64,000 bases of DNA, from positions 62,001 to 126,000 of the forward strand of contig JAVKOQ020000050.1 in assembly GCA_031835245.2 (NCBI GenBank), written 5' to 3'. Position numbers and translations under genes: made by a program. The notes under the pieces are model-generated. The model was not told where the DNA came from. It worked only from the letters and a program-made list of their open reading frames with translations, and did not search any database. Below, in pieces: positions 61,000-64,000 of the stretch (the stretch's first letter is position 1; every line of letters starts with the position of its first letter). The DNA is from Balamuthia mandrillaris. Lineage: Eukaryota.

Positions 61000-61905
61000 T
61001 CAGAAGGAGAAGAAGAAGGAGGAAAGAGAGGAAGCACTGCTGGTGAGATCGGATTCCTCTGAAGACTCGCTGCCCAAGCTCACGGAACCAGCACTGCTGC
61101 TCTCGCTCACATCATCTCCATCTCCGGTGGGAGGAGGGATGACAGGGCCACTGGAGGAGGAGGACTCTGAGCCCTCCGAGGAAGAAGCACCAGAGGAGAC
61201 AAGGATGGCAGGGTCAGCCTCCAGGAAGAGCTCCGTGGCGTTGGCACCAAGAAGAAAGACGGTGCCAGCACCAGAGTTCCTCAAGGCTGCCACACTCCGC
61301 GTGGCCGTGAGGAGCTCCTCCAAAGCCAGGTCGGAGAAGCGGAAGGTCAGGGCATCAGCGGAAGGGATGGTCATGTAGTTGGTCCTCTGTTGGAAGTTGG
61401 CGATGGCGGAGAGCACTGTCTCGTTGCCATTCAAGACATCCATCTGGACCTGCTCCAAGCGCACCACAGGGGCGTAATGCCAGAAAGCCATGTTGATGGT
61501 GCCCTCCTCCGTTTGGGGAATGGCAATGGCCTCGTGGGAGAGCAAGAAGACGTTGGTGTTGGCTGGCTCGCGGAGCTCTCCTCCGAAGACGATGTAGTTG
61601 ATGACATTCTCTCCCTCAGCCAGGGCAAAGTTCTCGGAGCGGAAGCTGTCGCCTTGCATGCCGCTGGCAAAGAGCTGGACGTTCTGGAGGCCACAAGGGA
61701 GGTTGGGTTGGGAGGTTTGGGAGCGGAGGAAAGCCAGGTTGGCAGCCACCAGTTGCTCACCCACTCGCACATCGATGGGGGAGCCGCCCTGGAGGAGATG
61801 CACCACCTTGACTCGGCAGTTGTTGGGTGGTGGTTGTTCTTGGGCGAGGGCGAGGTTGAAGGTGGCGAGAAGAGCGAGAAGCACGAGCGTGGAACAGCAC
61901 TTCAT
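61000..61905 (-). CDS. Secreted or surface DUF4397-like protein, intronless, with Ser-rich C-terminal stalk
   Basis: Signal peptide MKCCSTLVLLALLATFNLALA, RVKVVHLLQGGSPIDVRVGEQLVAANLAF, and a second repeat MAFWHYAP...MDV. Confidence 0.7.
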   Translation of the reverse strand: MKCCSTLVLLALLATFNLALAQEQPPPNNCRVKVVHLLQGGSPIDVRVGEQLVAANLAFLRSQTSQPNLPCGLQNVQLFASGMQGDSFRSENFALAEGENVINYIVFGGELREPANTNVFLLSHEAIAIPQTEEGTINMAFWHYAPVVRLEQVQMDVLNGNETVLSAIANFQQRTNYMTIPSADALTFRFSDLALEELLTATRSVAALRNSGAGTVFLLGANATELFLEADPAILVSSGASSSEGSESSSSSGPVIPPPTGDGDDVSESSSAGSVSLGSESSEESDLTSSASSLSSFFFSF

Positions 61906-62002
61906 GGTGGTTTGTTGCGTTGTGTTGTTTGGTGTGATGGTCGTTTGTTTTGTTTTGCTTTGTTCTTGTTTTGTTGGACGAGGGACAAGAGGAATGGATG
62001 GA

Positions 62003-62010
62003 TATTTATA
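62003..62010 (-). promoter_or_regulatory. TATA box (TATAAATA) of the DUF4397-like gene
   Basis: Consensus TATA about 100 bp upstream of the ATG, followed by an A/C-rich leader. Confidence 0.55.
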
Positions 62011-63090
62011 GTGGAAGCTCAAGAGCGATCAAGTGATGGTGCGGGGGAAGGGCATATGACTGGATTGGGAATCACTTTCTGGAGGGTTTCCGTGGAGTTG
62101 AGTCCAGAATGGCTGGGGAAGATTCGGGTGGAATTCCTGCTTCAATTGTGGAATGAGGCACGTGCCCCCATCTTGCATTTCCTTTTTTGTTGCTGTTTTC
62201 TTTGGCTTTCCTTCTTTTGTTTTCCTCCCTGTGTTTTCCTTGATATTTTACTTTGGGGTTATTTTCTGTGTTCCTGGGGGTTTTCGTTGATATGATTCTT
62301 CAGCCTGAGAATTAACTTGGAGCTCTTTTCTTGAGTGACCGCTTTCGGAGCTACTTTTGTGGTTTTGGTGTACTATGCAATTGTCATGTTTATTCGTTAT
62401 TCTTTTCTCGCTGACGACGACTGCCGGCCATTGTTACGCGGAGGATTATGGAGACGGAGAAATAGGAGCGGAACTTCCGTCGCCTTTCCTTCAGGTATGA
62501 TGTCTTGGTTAGAGACATGAGGGAGAGGAACACATCGGAGGGAGACTATTTTGGCTGGAGGACGTCGAAACAGGATACATTACATTCCGGCGGTGGTAGC
62601 GCTAGGCAGACGTTACCTCTTCTGTGTTTGCTGGCCAGGAGAATGCAGGACTAACGGAAGGAGATTTTCCTTGCATCGGTTGTGGTTGAACCACCAATTG
62701 CCAACGCACATGCCTTCCGCCGACTCGGAGCATTGGTCGAGTTGAAACAGACCTCATACGTTGATGAAGATGCAACGGGAATGATCTCCTTAAACTGAAA
62801 ATCGTTAGCCAAAGTTGCGCGCAACTCCTTTGGCGATCCGTTTCCACTTCACCGAACTCGCAGTATGCGAGAGCCTTAACCGAAAGGGGAAAGACTACGC
62901 TGCGGTCTGCCAAACAACCCGAAATAAAATGCGATATGAATTAAAATTTGCTATAATAAGAGTTTAATATATACTTCAATAATAATATAGCCATTCCGAT
63001 AGACCTTTTATGATCTCCCTTCCGCAACTCCGGCCGCTCCAGGAAACACGATGCCCTATCCAACTCGGTTCTTCGTATCCAGGCGTCTTC

Positions 63091-63098
63091 TATAAATA
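63091..63098 (+). promoter_or_regulatory. TATA box (TATAAATA) of the 63173 gene
   Basis: Consensus TATA about 80 bp upstream of the ATG, followed by an A/C-rich leader. Confidence 0.6.
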
Positions 63099-63172
63099 CG
63101 TGAGACTGAAGGCCTAACCCTTTTTTCTCACACAAACATTACAAAACAACACAATCTTCACAACAAAACAAA

Positions 63173-63988
63173 ATGAAGTTCGTTGTAGCACTTGCTCTGT
63201 TCGGTCTTGTTGCGGTGCTCGCCGTGCCTGCCGCAGCTTACCACCAGGCCCACTTTGACGGCCTGCGCAGCTACTTGGAAGAACGAGGCTTGCCCTTGCC
63301 TGATGCCCTTGCTCAAGCCAACACTGCCGCCAAGAGGGAGAGCTGGGAGGACAAGGTGTGCCGTCAAACTCACGCTTTCACTGGTCCTCTCTTTGCTGCT
63401 TCCACCAACCCTTCCTTGTGGTTCGCCCAAGGTGTTTTCAACGGTATCGTATGACCCGCCGCCTTTGCAACCTCTTTTTCTTATTCGTTGACTCTTGTAC
63501 TTCTTTTCGCCTCAGGCACCACGAGGAACTACATCCAGTACTACAACGGAACTGTTGTGCCTGCTGATGCTGCCCCAACCTACACCCAACAAACCAAGTA
63601 CTGGGTGATTGACCGTTACATCGACACCTTTTGCGTCATCCAAAACGGAGCCTGCTCCGGGTCCGTCAGCACCTACCACACCTTCCTGGAGCGCTTCACC
63701 GGACCATGGGCCCTCCACAAGCCCACTGCTCAGGGATGCGCCACCTCCAACGACGCCGTGTTGGGCAACAAGGACGCCACCGGCGCCGAGACCAGCCCCT
63801 ACAACTGGGCCGTCAGCTACCGTGACGCCGTGACCGGAGAACTCTTCGCCACCGAGAGCTTGGTCACCACCAACCCCGACCCCGACAACTTCGAAAGGGA
63901 CATCACCTTCAAGACCTACGGCGCCGGCATTCCCGACGGCATCTACGTCTCCCTGATCCACCAAGTTCGTGTGGTCAACCCCTTCTAA
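63173..63988 (+). CDS. Secreted protein of unknown function (pre-pro form), intron 63444-63515
   Basis: Signal peptide MKFVVALALFGLVAVLAVPAAA, pro-region ending AAKR, in-phase GT-AG intron, strong C-ending codon bias. Confidence 0.8.
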
Positions 63989-64000
63989 GAGTCAAAGGCT

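Noticed and set aside
61390..62295. 301-aa plus-strand ORF
   Set aside because: Antisense shadow of the codon-biased DUF4397-like gene

Overview
A gene-dense, intron-rich eukaryotic nuclear segment with about 27 protein-coding genes. Introns are short GT-AG introns filled with CT/TTC microsatellites, and proteins carry long poly-Ser/Glu tracts. This style suggests a free-living amoebozoan such as Balamuthia (inference, not verified). Housekeeping genes include a Rab GTPase, F-box/SPRY, MAM33/C1QBP-like, ALKBH1, CobB/SIRT5-class sirtuin, TFIIE-alpha, DDX11/Chl1, alpha-carbonic anhydrase, a P450, an ABCG half-transporter, DUG3-like amidotransferase, FBPase, GM2-activator-like, HDHD5/CECR5, a BACE-like aspartic protease and a phytol/farnesol kinase. 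The strongest unusual signals are: (1) an RFX transcription factor whose spliced last exon, missed by the ORF track, ends in an exact Mac1/Cuf1-type CxCx4CxCx2Cx2H copper-binding motif; (2) a tail-to-tail pair of bacterial-type sugar genes, an intronless GH172/DUF2961 protein and an 882-aa nucleotide-sugar dehydrogenase + SDR epimerase fusion; (3) a bacterial HU/IHF-type DNA-binding protein with a spliceosomal intron; (4) an unannotated ~200-nt intronic box C/D RNA with a U2-complementary guide; (5) a mitochondrial-clan-like P450 outside animals; (6) a 37-bp inverted repeat and a recurring TTCGTGACGACATG / GTCGAC promoter motif. All family calls come from motif recognition by eye; no database searches were run.
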